NCBI GenBank assembly: GCA_964567265.1
Contig: CAZMLK010000001.1
Location: 91,311 to 155,310, forward strand
DNA: 64,000 nucleotides
Source: an uncultured Candidatus Saccharibacteria bacterium
GTDB taxonomy: Bacteria > Patescibacteriota > Minisyncoccia > Phycocordibacterales > UBA12088
Direction of reading: 5' to 3'
This document shows positions 29,703 to 38,813 of this stretch, in pieces. How positions within the stretch are numbered: the first letter of the stretch is position 1; each line of letters opens with the position of its first letter. Below the pieces are notes generated by a model, which saw only the letters and a list, made by a program, of their open reading frames with translations, made no database searches and was not told the origin of the DNA. A program made the translations under genes and the position numbers.

Positions 29703-30545
29703 ATGCCTCGATTGGTGTATCAGATTCAAGGAATTGGATCCGCGAGTGCGCGCAATCCACTGTTTCACTCCGGCGGGATGTTCGTATCAGCAGACAACCG
29801 AGACGGTCCTGTGAATCGGCTGCTGTACGAATGCGGTGCCGATATCTTGAGCCGGCTTGATCAGTTCGGAAAGAGGCCTGCTGACTTCGGGTCACTCTTG
29901 GTGACCCACCAACATGCAGACCATATCGGCGGGCTGGAGCACTTCGCATACGAGACCTGTTTTGATTCCAAGTATGTCGGTGACGGCGGTCCTCCTGGTG
30001 CAGTATTTCCGTCGTCATTTCGCCCGAAGCTCTATCTGCCCGTGGACGCGGTCCCGTTCGTCGAAGCGTGGGCGGAGCGGGGAGGGCTGTACCACCCGAA
30101 ACTCGGCATCACCTCCCCGTACCGCTTCTTCGATATCGAGCCTATCCACGACACGATGGAATTTGAATGGGGCGGCGCACTCTTTACAGTCATCCAGGTG
30201 CCGCATGTCAGCGGTAGCACGGGCAGCCTGTGTTCCCATGCGCTTTTCGTACGCAAGGGAAGGCAGAACCTGCTCTTGACCGGCGATCTCAGTCTGGAAG
30301 GCTGCAACGTCCTCATTCCGTGGTATGAGCAGGCGACCTGGATCATTCAGGACTGCGATATCATGGGAATATCCGAAGTGCATCCTTCGTATGAGATGTT
30401 GCGATCCGGGGCGTCCGATAAGATGCGAAAGAAGATGATTCTCACGCATCACATCGCTCGGATGACCGATGGGCTGCCGGACGCGGTCGCGGATGGATTC
30501 CATGGCTACGCGTACCAGGGCCAGCAGATTCGTTTCGAGCCGTAG
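29703..30545 (+). CDS. MBL-fold metallo-hydrolase
   Basis: HQHADHIGGLEHF (HxHxDH motif), plus later His and Asp ligands. Start taken at MPRLVYQ (29703). Confidence 0.7.
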   Translation: MPRLVYQIQGIGSASARNPLFHSGGMFVSADNRDGPVNRLLYECGADILSRLDQFGKRPADFGSLLVTHQHADHIGGLEHFAYETCFDSKYVGDGGPPGAVFPSSFRPKLYLPVDAVPFVEAWAERGGLYHPKLGITSPYRFFDIEPIHDTMEFEWGGALFTVIQVPHVSGSTGSLCSHALFVRKGRQNLLLTGDLSLEGCNVLIPWYEQATWIIQDCDIMGISEVHPSYEMLRSGASDKMRKKMILTHHIARMTDGLPDAVADGFHGYAYQGQQIRFEP

Positions 30546-30617
30546 AAGTTCATTGCAGCCAACGCCGCGTTTTCCCCTCCGGGGAAAACGCGGCGTTTTG
30601 CTATACTACTCACAATC

Positions 30618-32027
30618 ATGCACGAGGGCGCTCCTGTTGAAACTGAAAAGAAGAACCCACGCCGCCATCTCGGCGTGAAGGAAGCTGCGCTTGCGGCGAC
30701 GGTCGCATTTACCTCTGCAGCCTCGGAAGGAAAATCCTTCCAGCACTTACGCGGCACGCATGAATCGGCGACGCAAGAAGGTGATCTCAAGTTCAGAGAA
30801 CAGTTCCAAAGCCTCAACAGCACGCTCCGCGTCTTGGATGCAGGGCCGATCGTCGATGATATCCTCTCCGAGATGGATACGATCCGCCGCGGATCGACCG
30901 GGAAGATCCACTATGAAGAGACACTCCGTTCGCTGTATGAGCGGCACATCGTACGCGACATCTTCGAGGATCTCGCGATCGACCGTGAGCGGCTCATGGG
31001 GCGCATCGTGAGCGAGGCAGGCTCTACGCGGAATGAAGCCATCCATGAACTCAGGAATCTTGGTGAGAAAGTGTTGCGGATCGCCAAGGCGGCCGAAGAG
31101 GCAGGGGTCGAGATTGATGGAGCGGACATACCGTACCTCTCTCCCGAAGCGCTTGATGCCGTCAAGGAATACGATAACGGCCTCAGGAATGCCGTAGACG
31201 AAGTGCTCTCATTTTTCCGTCAAAGCGGCCTTCCGGGAGGTACGTTTGAGCAAGATCTCCTTTCAGAGGGACGCATGAATCCCGAGGCGGATTTCGAGCG
31301 CACGCGCGAACTCATTGATGTCTACGCCGATCGCCTCGGCGCCAGGCTCGAATACATCCTTTCGAGCCGCGAACGGACAGGCTCGGATGCCTATCAATCG
31401 GTCATTACTGAAGATCTGTATGGTATTACAGAGACGACCGCTGCGTTCCGTGGCTTCCGGGAACGATTTTATGCGGCACACGGTGAAGAGGTCTCACCAC
31501 TCGACAGTGCAGCTTTTGAGGCGCTTGCCGCGCTTAATCCGGAATCTAATCCAGATGCTGCTGAAAGTGCGCGCCTCGCCCTCAGCGAAGCGCTCGCGCC
31601 GCATCTTGATGCGGCCAAGGACGCGCTCAAGGAAGTGATCCTCGCGACCATGTACGGCGATCCATTGGAAGTGGATCGCCGCGTTGCATCCTTTCGATTC
31701 ACGGGCGAGACCATTGCCGAAGCGGAATGGTACTTGGGTAGCGTGAAGCGCCTCGAGAACGAGCTTGAGAAGCAGCTTGCATGGGAAATCACGAATGCGG
31801 AAAGCCAGATCGCGCGTGAACCCACCATGCTCACCGAAGAAGCGCTCGCGAATAACCGCCTCCGCGTCTGGACGCTCTTCCGTGCGATCAAGCAACTCTC
31901 TGATCATGTCGCCGAGCCGCTCGCAGGCATTCTCGGCTATCCCGATATGGAAGTCGGCTTCTCAGAAGAGCTCCTGGCGCGGTTCCATGCGCTGAAACAG
32001 GGACTGCACGAGGAGGAGCCGATCTAG
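30618..32027 (+). CDS. hypothetical acidic alpha-helical protein
   Basis: 469 aa. Uninterrupted ORF with codon usage like its neighbours. No recognisable catalytic motif. Confidence 0.5.
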   Translation: MHEGAPVETEKKNPRRHLGVKEAALAATVAFTSAASEGKSFQHLRGTHESATQEGDLKFREQFQSLNSTLRVLDAGPIVDDILSEMDTIRRGSTGKIHYEETLRSLYERHIVRDIFEDLAIDRERLMGRIVSEAGSTRNEAIHELRNLGEKVLRIAKAAEEAGVEIDGADIPYLSPEALDAVKEYDNGLRNAVDEVLSFFRQSGLPGGTFEQDLLSEGRMNPEADFERTRELIDVYADRLGARLEYILSSRERTGSDAYQSVITEDLYGITETTAAFRGFRERFYAAHGEEVSPLDSAAFEALAALNPESNPDAAESARLALSEALAPHLDAAKDALKEVILATMYGDPLEVDRRVASFRFTGETIAEAEWYLGSVKRLENELEKQLAWEITNAESQIAREPTMLTEEALANNRLRVWTLFRAIKQLSDHVAEPLAGILGYPDMEVGFSEELLARFHALKQGLHEEEPI

Positions 32028-32067
32028 CCGGCATTGGTTCGTAAAAGCGGCCTTTGTTGGTATACTT

Positions 32068-32394
32068 TTGGATATGGAAATGGACGAAGAAGGGAAACGT
32101 CTCCTCCGGGAGACGCTTGCGGTTGAAAAGGAAAACAACCTGATGCTCCGGAAGATGCGTCGAGACGCGGTCGTCGGCCGCATCATGACCCTGGTCTTTT
32201 GGGCGATCACGCTTGGCCTCCCGATCGTCATCTATTACTACTTCCTCTCGCCATACGTCGCCCAGATCACGGCGACCTACCAGAGCATGGAGCAGAATGC
32301 CAAGCAGATGGAGGCCCTCAAGGCCGATCTCCCCGATTGGGCGCGCAATTTGTTCGATAAGGCATTTTCTGGTACAACAACTGATGCGAGGTAG
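32068..32394 (+). CDS. small membrane protein (hypothetical)
   Basis: 108 aa with a central TM helix RIMTLVFWAITLGLPIVIYYYFL. Ends 9 nt before tRNA-Phe. Confidence 0.45.
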   Translation: MDMEMDEEGKRLLRETLAVEKENNLMLRKMRRDAVVGRIMTLVFWAITLGLPIVIYYYFLSPYVAQITATYQSMEQNAKQMEALKADLPDWARNLFDKAFSGTTTDAR

Positions 32395-32402
32395 GGGGCA
32401 TG

Positions 32403-32475
32403 CCGAGGTAGCTCAGTTGGTTAGAGCATTTGTCTGAAGAACAAAGGGTCGGCGGTTCGAATCCGCCCCTCGGCA
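32403..32475 (+). tRNA. tRNA-Phe (anticodon GAA)
   Basis: Acceptor GCCGAGG/CCTCGGC. D-arm GCTCAGTTGGTTAGAGC. Anticodon stem-loop TTTGT-CTGAAGA-ACAAA. T-arm GGCGG-TTCGAAT-CCGCC. Confidence 0.85.
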
Positions 32476-32484
32476 CATGAATAC

Positions 32485-32648
32485 AAAAGACCGGCTCAAA
32501 GCCGGTCTTTTGTATTCACAAATGCCGCCGCGGGGCGGATTCGAAAAGCGGAAAACAAAGGTTCGGGGAACCTTTGTTTGAGCTGGGGTCGCGAGCACTT
32601 AGCCGCTTGCGGCTTAGTGACTCGTGACCGAATCCGCCCCTCGCGAAC
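32485..32648 (+). repeat. tRNA-linked structured element, copy 2
   Basis: aaaagaccgg-ctcaaa-gccggtctttt hairpin. Outer stem ggggcggattcg...cgaatccgcccc. Internal hairpin aacaaaggttc-ggg-gaacctttgtt. Same 45-nt core as copy 1. The 3' end mimics the tRNA-Phe T-arm/acceptor 3' half. Confidence 0.55.
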
Positions 32649-32713
32649 GATTAGCAACTGACGACCAAACCACTATAAAAACATCCGGCAAGTGCCGGAT
32701 GTTTTTATCGCTT

Positions 32714-33235
32714 TTAGTTCGCCTTCACCTTCAGCTTGGTCTGCTTCGCCTTGTCGATCTTCGGGAGTCGGATGGTGAGGAGGCCGTGCTTCTCGATCGC
32801 TTCCGCTTCCTCGACTTCGATTTCCTGAGGAAGGAGGATTGTCCGGGAGAATGACCCCCAGTAGAGCTCGCGGTAGAAGTAGTTGTCGTCGGAGACTTCG
32901 CGTGCATCCTCGCGCTTTCCGCGGATGGTCACCATGTCGCGGGTGATTGAGACATCGAGATCCTCAGGGCGCACTCCGGCGACGATAGCTTTGATGACGA
33001 TCTCATCCGGGTCCTGATAGACGTCCACGGTGAGCTGACCTTCAAGCTCTTCCTCTGGTTCCTGGAACTGCTGCTGTGGCGCTGCCATCATTTGCGCACG
33101 CTCCTGAGGGCGCTGAGAAGCGCCGGGAGCCATCCGCGCGGATGATGCCATCGGCTGGTCCTCGAACTCATCGTAGTCATCCATCTCCACCGATCCGGTG
33201 AGCCGCTCGAAGAATGAACGCTTTTCTCGTGCCAT
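32714..33235 (-). CDS. Hsp20/alpha-crystallin family small heat-shock protein
   Basis: 173 aa. The C-terminal alpha-crystallin domain ends ...GSFSRTILLPQEIEVEEAEAIEKHGLLTIRLPKI (the I/LxI/L-like tail). Confidence 0.85.
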   Translation of the reverse strand: MAREKRSFFERLTGSVEMDDYDEFEDQPMASSARMAPGASQRPQERAQMMAAPQQQFQEPEEELEGQLTVDVYQDPDEIVIKAIVAGVRPEDLDVSITRDMVTIRGKREDAREVSDDNYFYRELYWGSFSRTILLPQEIEVEEAEAIEKHGLLTIRLPKIDKAKQTKLKVKAN

Positions 33236-33252
33236 AAGGAATTTTCTAAGTG

Positions 33253-33948
33253 CTAATGCGGTCTCGCGATGCGTTTTACTTTCTCAAAAGAGAGGAACAG
33301 GATTATGATACCGACCCAGACGAAATAGAAGACACGGAAAACTTCCTGGACCCCTGCTCCGGTACTCCCGATTATAAAAAAGTTAAAGAGAGCATGCAAT
33401 GCTATAGCCGCACCCGTGCCTGTTAATAAGTACCAATGGCGCCGGCTGGACTTCATGTAGAAGGAGAGCGCCAAGGAGAGTCCGATTACTGAAGATGACA
33501 GGACATGGAGGAGCGAGGCGCCGAGGAATCGCAGATTCCCCGTGAGGATGCTCCGGGTGAAGTCCTCATTGAGGAGGGGGCCGAGCACGAAGAGCGCGTT
33601 CTCGGCCGCGGCGAAGCCGAGCGCGACCGTGATCATGTAGATCATGGCATCTATAGGCTCGTCCACTGACGAGCGCCAGAGGACCGTCAGATATGCCGCC
33701 ATGAGCTTGAATATCTCCTCAGCGGCCGCCCAGGCGATGATAAGGGGCGTCCCGACGAGGAACCCGAGCGAGAACCGCTCAACGGGGATGACGAATGCGA
33801 CCGCGACCATGCCGCCGATGAATGTAAGGAGGATCAGCGGGCGCGGTTCCGGATGCGTGCTGTCCTCGCGGCGGAACAGCCACAGCCAGAGGAGCGCCGG
33901 AAGGAGGCCTGCGAGGAGGGCGTACGCTATAGAGAGGGCAGGGTGCAT
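33253..33948 (-). CDS. PrsW-like intramembrane metalloprotease (CPBP/PrsW superfamily)
   Basis: Polytopic. Motifs AAAEEIFK (EExxK), GFAAAENALF (FxxxE), and HALFNFFII (HxxxN/D). Confidence 0.55.
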   Translation of the reverse strand: MHPALSIAYALLAGLLPALLWLWLFRREDSTHPEPRPLILLTFIGGMVAVAFVIPVERFSLGFLVGTPLIIAWAAAEEIFKLMAAYLTVLWRSSVDEPIDAMIYMITVALGFAAAENALFVLGPLLNEDFTRSILTGNLRFLGASLLHVLSSSVIGLSLALSFYMKSSRRHWYLLTGTGAAIALHALFNFFIIGSTGAGVQEVFRVFYFVWVGIIILFLSFEKVKRIARPH

Positions 33949-33980
33949 TGGAGGTTTGGCGTCCTCTCAGTATACCTCGA

Positions 33981-34017
33981 AAGCCCCGCCCAAAAATTTC
34001 ATTTTTGGGCGGGGCTT
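33981..34017 (-). terminator. terminator downstream of valS
   Basis: aagccccgcccaaaaat-ttc-atttttgggcggggctt hairpin. Confidence 0.5.
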
Positions 34018-34043
34018 ATCCACATCCTGGCATTGCTTCTCTA

Positions 34044-36155
34044 CTACTTCCCAGACGGCCACTCTTCAACCATGAGAATCGACTGCTTGCCCATGGACTG
34101 CCAGATTTCTTCCGTCACGAACGGCATGAAGGGGTGGAGGAGCTTAAGAGAGGTCTCGAGGATGGTGAGGAGCGTGTACTGTCGAGATGTACGGGCATCA
34201 GCGTCGGAACCGTTCAATAGCGCCTTGCTGTCCTCAAGGATGTCGTCGGCAAGCGTATGCCAGACATAGTGATAGAGCTTCTCGCCCGCGAGGTAAAAAC
34301 GGTATTCGTCGATTTCCTTGGTGACTTCGCGGGAGAGCGACCACAGGTTCGCGAGAAGTGTCGCATCTACGGGAGTCAGTACTGGATTCTTTGAGGTATC
34401 AAAATCTTCCGCGTTCGAGAGCACGAAGCGGGCAATGTTCCAGAGCTTGTTGGCGAACAGTTTGTAGGCCTTGATCTTCTCTTCATAGAGTGCGCTTGAG
34501 GTTCCCGGCGTATTGCCGATCGTGAGGCCCATACGGAGCGCATCGGTGCCGTATTTCTGCGAAAGCTCCAAGGGGGAAATGACATTGCCCTTCGACTTCG
34601 ACATCTTCTTGCCATCCTTCGCGGTCACGATGCCATGGAGATAGACGGTGGTGAATGGGAGCCGACCGGTGCGGTACTTGCCGAGCATGAGCATGCGCGA
34701 CACCCAGAAGAAGATGATCTCGCCCGCGGTCTCCATGACTTGCGTGGGGTAGAAGGTTTTGAAATCCTCGCTGTCGGGGAATCCGAGCGTCGCGAATGGC
34801 CACTGGCCGGACGAGAACCAGGTGTCAAAGGTGTCTGTTTCCCGCGTCCAGCCATCGCCTGGAGCGGTTTCGCCGACATGCACTTCGCCATTCTTGTACC
34901 AGGCGGGAATCGGGATGCCCCACACAATCTGTCGGGAGACATTCCAATCCTCGATATTGGTGAGCCAGTGGAGGGTGATCTTCTTGTAGTGTTCCGGGTA
35001 GAACACGATTTCATCTGCTTCGATTGCCTCGATAACGGGCGCCGCGAGGCTCTTCATGCTGACGAACCACTGCGGGAGGACACGTGGCTCGAGGACACGC
35101 TCGCACTTGTAGCATTTCTTGACCGCATGCTTGTACTCAAGATCAACCTTGACCATGAGGCCGGCCTTCTCGAGATCTTCCGCGACCTGTTTTCGTGCGT
35201 CCTCGACCTTGAGCCCGGCATACTTGCCGCACTTGTCGTTCAATTTGCCGAACTGGTCGATGACCTCGACGATCGGCAGATTGTGGCGCTTGGCGATCGC
35301 GAAGTCATTCGGATCGTGGGCGGGGGTGATCTTCACGACGCCGGTCCCGAATTCGGGATCGACGTAGTCGTCCGCGATCACTTTGAGCTTGATGGGGCCC
35401 AAGAGTCCTTCGAATTCGATCTCCTTGCCGATCCATTCCTTGTATCGCTCGTCATTCGGATTCACCGCGACCGCTGTGTCGCCGAACTTGGTCTCCGGGC
35501 GGACGGTCGCAAGAGTGAACGGCCCGTACTGCATATAGTAGAGAGGGTCGACACGTTCCTCGCTGATGGTCTCCAGTTCTGAAAGGGAGGTCTGATGCTT
35601 GGTGCACCAATTGATGCTTTTCTCGCTCCGATAGACGAGTCCGTCGGCGTAGAGTTGCTCGAAGGTGCCATAGACCGTCTTCACGACGTCCTGGTCGAGC
35701 GTGAATTTCTCACGACTCCAGTCGCAGGACGCCCCGAGTTCTCGCAATTGGCCTTCCATGAACTGCTTGTTATGGAGCGTGAAGTCGAGGATTTCTTTTC
35801 GGAGCGCTTCTGGATCCATACCGAAGCGCGAGCGGCCTTCCTTCTCGAGCTTCTTCTCGTACACCACCTGTGTCTCGAAGCCCGCGTGATCGGCACCGGG
35901 GAGCCACAATGTCTTGAAGCCCTGCATGCGCTTGTAGCGGATCAACAGGTCCTCGATGGTCACGAATACCGCGTGGCCGGCGTGGAGGGAGCCGTTCGCA
36001 TTCGGCGGCGGCATGATGATGGTGTAGGGCAGCGCCCGATCTCCTGGCAGATTGTCAGGATTGAAGTAGCCCGATTCGTCCCAGAGCTGATAGATCCGCT
36101 TCTCGGTTTCCTCGGGGTTGTAGGGCTTGAGAAATTTCTCGTCCATTGCAGCCAT
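34044..36155 (-). CDS. valS: valine--tRNA ligase (short form lacking the C-terminal coiled coil)
   Basis: HIGH region PPPNANGSLHAGHA. KMSKS motif KMSKSKGNVI. The editing-domain insertion is present. 703 aa is short for ValRS. Confidence 0.8.
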   Translation of the reverse strand: MAAMDEKFLKPYNPEETEKRIYQLWDESGYFNPDNLPGDRALPYTIIMPPPNANGSLHAGHAVFVTIEDLLIRYKRMQGFKTLWLPGADHAGFETQVVYEKKLEKEGRSRFGMDPEALRKEILDFTLHNKQFMEGQLRELGASCDWSREKFTLDQDVVKTVYGTFEQLYADGLVYRSEKSINWCTKHQTSLSELETISEERVDPLYYMQYGPFTLATVRPETKFGDTAVAVNPNDERYKEWIGKEIEFEGLLGPIKLKVIADDYVDPEFGTGVVKITPAHDPNDFAIAKRHNLPIVEVIDQFGKLNDKCGKYAGLKVEDARKQVAEDLEKAGLMVKVDLEYKHAVKKCYKCERVLEPRVLPQWFVSMKSLAAPVIEAIEADEIVFYPEHYKKITLHWLTNIEDWNVSRQIVWGIPIPAWYKNGEVHVGETAPGDGWTRETDTFDTWFSSGQWPFATLGFPDSEDFKTFYPTQVMETAGEIIFFWVSRMLMLGKYRTGRLPFTTVYLHGIVTAKDGKKMSKSKGNVISPLELSQKYGTDALRMGLTIGNTPGTSSALYEEKIKAYKLFANKLWNIARFVLSNAEDFDTSKNPVLTPVDATLLANLWSLSREVTKEIDEYRFYLAGEKLYHYVWHTLADDILEDSKALLNGSDADARTSRQYTLLTILETSLKLLHPFMPFVTEEIWQSMGKQSILMVEEWPSGK

Positions 36156-36260
36156 GATGGGGCAATCGTAGCAGAAATAAGCCCTTTTTTAAAGCGTTTG
36201 ACAGGGCTGTGGGGAGGCGTACTCTTCTCTCTATACCTTTTTGTTCAGAGGAGTGTCCCC

Positions 36261-36431
36261 ATGAGTGCATGGCCTATCGCGCCACTTCCGCACACGCCGC
36301 GAAAAGAGAACTGGATCGGCAGGTTCGCCGTAAATCACCCGCTCATCACGTTCTTCGCAGCTGCCAGCGTGGTTATCGTGACCCTCTTGTACCTTGCGGT
36401 CTTCGGGTTCCATCCCCCCAGGGGATGGTGA
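36261..36431 (+). CDS. 56-aa small membrane protein
   Basis: RBS agaggag 8 nt upstream of ATG 36261. One TM helix (ITFFAAASVVIVTLLYLAVFGF). Immediately followed by the gcggcggccgac-ttgtc-ggccgccgc terminator hairpin. Confidence 0.45.
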   Translation: MSAWPIAPLPHTPRKENWIGRFAVNHPLITFFAAASVVIVTLLYLAVFGFHPPRGW

Positions 36432-36545
36432 GTACCGTCGAACGCGGCGGCCGACTTGTCGGCCGCCGCGTTCTCTTTTTGTTTGACAAACCTTTGCCTG
36501 CGTCCTCGATCTATTTGACAACCAATGCGCTTTTCTCTATCGTGC

Positions 36546-36680
36546 AGCGAGCGGTACCTTTCATAGGTACCGCTTCAGCTTTTGAAAAGCGGATACGAAG
36601 AACCCGCACATGGACGCTCAATTCTGATCCGGAAGGATCGTTTCCCCAATTGAGCGTCCGTGTGCGGATTTTTGCTTGGC
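36546..36680 (+). ncRNA. candidate small structured RNA (standalone transcription unit)
   Basis: Upstream TTGACA boxes at 36483 and 36515. Hairpin gcggtacc-tttcata-ggtaccgc, with an alternative pairing ccgctt...aagcgg. Then a 19-bp stem cgcacatggacgctcaatt / aattgagcgtccgtgtgcg enclosing a small hairpin, followed by GATTTTTGC. Confidence 0.35.
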
Positions 36681-37054
36681 AGAACACACGGAGGAGGAAT
36701 ATGTCTAGTTGACTGGCCGTGTCACGAGTATATCATTTCTCCATACACCACTGATAGATGTCTCGTTGGGGAAACCGGGACACCATTGTGGAAACGATGG
36801 TGGAACGTTTCTTCACAGCGAGCACAACAAAAACTGTGCAGCGCGACGAGCGCTCGTACTTTTGTCGTGCAGATCAAATAGAGTCGTAGAGAACACACCC
36901 CGCTTCGCGCATGCGAAGCGGGGTGTGCGCTTTATCGAAAGGTGAAGGTGCACGCGGTCGATACAGCAGGGGTCCATTTGTTCCGTTTGCCCTTAAGGGA
37001 CGGAAGAAATGCCCGCTAACAAATTTACAAGTTCAAAATATTTAGAGACAACAT

Positions 37055-38098
37055 ATGTCAACTTCAAAGAAGGTCGCGATCCTCGGCGTACTTCCGAGCC
37101 TCGCACTCGGTCTCGCAGCACTTCCGGCGTTCGCATACACGCCGGCAGCAGATGTGACGACTGTCTCGGTCTCGAATGTGAACAAGGCAACCGTCACAAA
37201 CTCGGTCACCCTCACGTCGACGACGGGATACAACACCGCGAATGGCGGTAATGGCGCAAACGGGGGCAAGGGCGGAAGCTCAGGCTCGAATGCAGGTAAC
37301 GGCGGCAAGGGCGGTAACGGCGGTGATGCTTCAGGCACCGGAGACAATTTCGGTGGTACGGGCTCCATGGGTGGTAACGGCGGTTGGACCGGCGATGCTG
37401 GCATGGGCGGTAACGGTGGTATGGGCGGCCTCGGCGGCTTGATCATCACTGGCGATGCATCAGCTGCATCTGCTATCTCGAACGACGTTAACTACAATTC
37501 TACGAAGGTTACTCTCCAGGACTGCGGCTGCGATCGCTACAATGTCTGGACAAAGGACACGTGGCTCGCAAAGTCGAGCACGAACGGTGGCCATGGCCAT
37601 CACGGCAGCTCGAACAGCTCAGCGCTCGAGAAGTCTTCGAATGAATACAAGAAGACGGCAGTTCCTCAGATCGTCACGGTCGCTGTCGGTAACGACAACA
37701 CCGCAGAAGTCATCAACTCAGTTGGTGGCGCTGTAGACACTGGTATGAACACCGCGAATGGCGGCAATGCAGGCAAGGGTGGCAAGGGCGGAAGCTCAGG
37801 CTCAGCTGCAGGCAATGGCGGTCAGGGCGGCAACGGTGGTGATGCCACTGGCAGCACCTCGACCGGCCACGGACACAGCTGTTCTCACAGCTGCGGTACG
37901 ACGGCAGGCACCAACCTCGGCGGCGATGCAGGCATGGGTGGCGTTGGCGGTTCAACCGGCGATGCTGCAGCAGCAGGCAACGGCGGCGATGGCGCAATGG
38001 GCGGCACGGTCTCGACAGGCAAGGCAGATGTACTTTCTGCAATTGCAAACGTCGTCAACAAGAACGTGACTCGCATCGTTCGCGGCGCAGGTCTCTAG
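37055..38098 (+). CDS. secreted Gly/Asn-rich repeat protein (family member 1)
   Basis: Signal peptide. Two copies of the module N-[KT]-A-[TE]-V-x-N-S-V...T(G)-x-NTANGGN followed by GGNGGKGG-type tracts. Confidence 0.7.
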   Translation: MSTSKKVAILGVLPSLALGLAALPAFAYTPAADVTTVSVSNVNKATVTNSVTLTSTTGYNTANGGNGANGGKGGSSGSNAGNGGKGGNGGDASGTGDNFGGTGSMGGNGGWTGDAGMGGNGGMGGLGGLIITGDASAASAISNDVNYNSTKVTLQDCGCDRYNVWTKDTWLAKSSTNGGHGHHGSSNSSALEKSSNEYKKTAVPQIVTVAVGNDNTAEVINSVGGAVDTGMNTANGGNAGKGGKGGSSGSAAGNGGQGGNGGDATGSTSTGHGHSCSHSCGTTAGTNLGGDAGMGGVGGSTGDAAAAGNGGDGAMGGTVSTGKADVLSAIANVVNKNVTRIVRGAGL

Positions 38099-38183
38099 TT
38101 TCTTTCTGAATGGTGCGGAATCGCTTCTCGCGACTCCGCCCTTCGGATGCGGTCTTGAATGATTCGAGGCTGCATGAGAGGGA

Positions 38184-38804
38184 ATGGATAGAAACACCAC
38201 ATGGATTCGTACATTGAAAGCGGCCCCGATCGCGGTGCTGCTCTCGGGGGTGGTGGTGCCTGCAGCATTGCCGGCACTTGCAGACACCGCGACGGTCAAC
38301 AACTCGGTCGAGATCCATGCCAACAGCGGCGGGAATGCGGGCGCGTCGGTCACGAATGGCTCGGTTTCGCGGACTGTTGATGTCACCACGATCGTGAACG
38401 GCGAGGTCGTGACCGATATCCACGAGCGCGCGCTCGAAAACGGGACGACGACCGTCAAGGTGACCTATGCAGCAGGCGGCATCTCCGCAAATGGCGCGGA
38501 CGGGCAGGATGGCGCTGACGGACTCCCGGGATCAAGCGGAAGCGACGGATCGAATGGCCAGGCAGCTGTCGTCGTGCTCGCGGCCTCGAGCACGACACCG
38601 GCCGAAGCCGTTCAGAAATCAGTGCCGCATGTCCCGAAGTTGAAAGCGAAGGAGATGGAGCCGATCCCCGTCACCTTCACGGCATCCGTTTCCGAAGCGA
38701 ATGCCTCCGGGTTCAAGGAGACGTTCATCCCGAAGACCTTCCATCGCATCGAATCCTTCTTCTCATATATGTTCGCCTCGATTATCACGATTTTTATCCA
38801 CTAG
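38184..38804 (+). CDS. secreted Gly/Asp-rich protein (family member 2)
   Basis: Signal peptide. DTATVNNSVEIHANSGGNAGASV module. GADGQDGADGLPGSSGSDGSNG tract. Confidence 0.6.
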   Translation: MDRNTTWIRTLKAAPIAVLLSGVVVPAALPALADTATVNNSVEIHANSGGNAGASVTNGSVSRTVDVTTIVNGEVVTDIHERALENGTTTVKVTYAAGGISANGADGQDGADGLPGSSGSDGSNGQAAVVVLAASSTTPAEAVQKSVPHVPKLKAKEMEPIPVTFTASVSEANASGFKETFIPKTFHRIESFFSYMFASIITIFIH

Positions 38805-38813
38805 AATCCCCGT

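Noticed and set aside
29284-30018. 244-aa minus-strand ORF overlapping tRNA-Arg and the MBL hydrolase gene
   Set aside because: It overlaps a confidently folded tRNA and a plus-strand gene with clear HxHxDH motif. The translation is featureless.
29385-32648. Considered whether the repeated tRNA-linked elements form a CRISPR array
   Set aside because: There are only two copies, 3 kb apart, with internal structure and no short regular spacers. No cas genes are present.
35595-36431. 278-aa plus-strand ORF spanning the valS upstream region
   Set aside because: Most of it is antisense to valS. Only the last 171 nt (RBS + TM peptide + terminator) look like a real small gene, and those are reported separately.
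37042-38458. Pro-rich minus-strand ORFs (135-168 aa) opposite the Gly/Asn-rich genes
   Set aside because: GGN/GGC glycine codons read as Pro/Ala on the reverse strand. There is no signal of independent coding.
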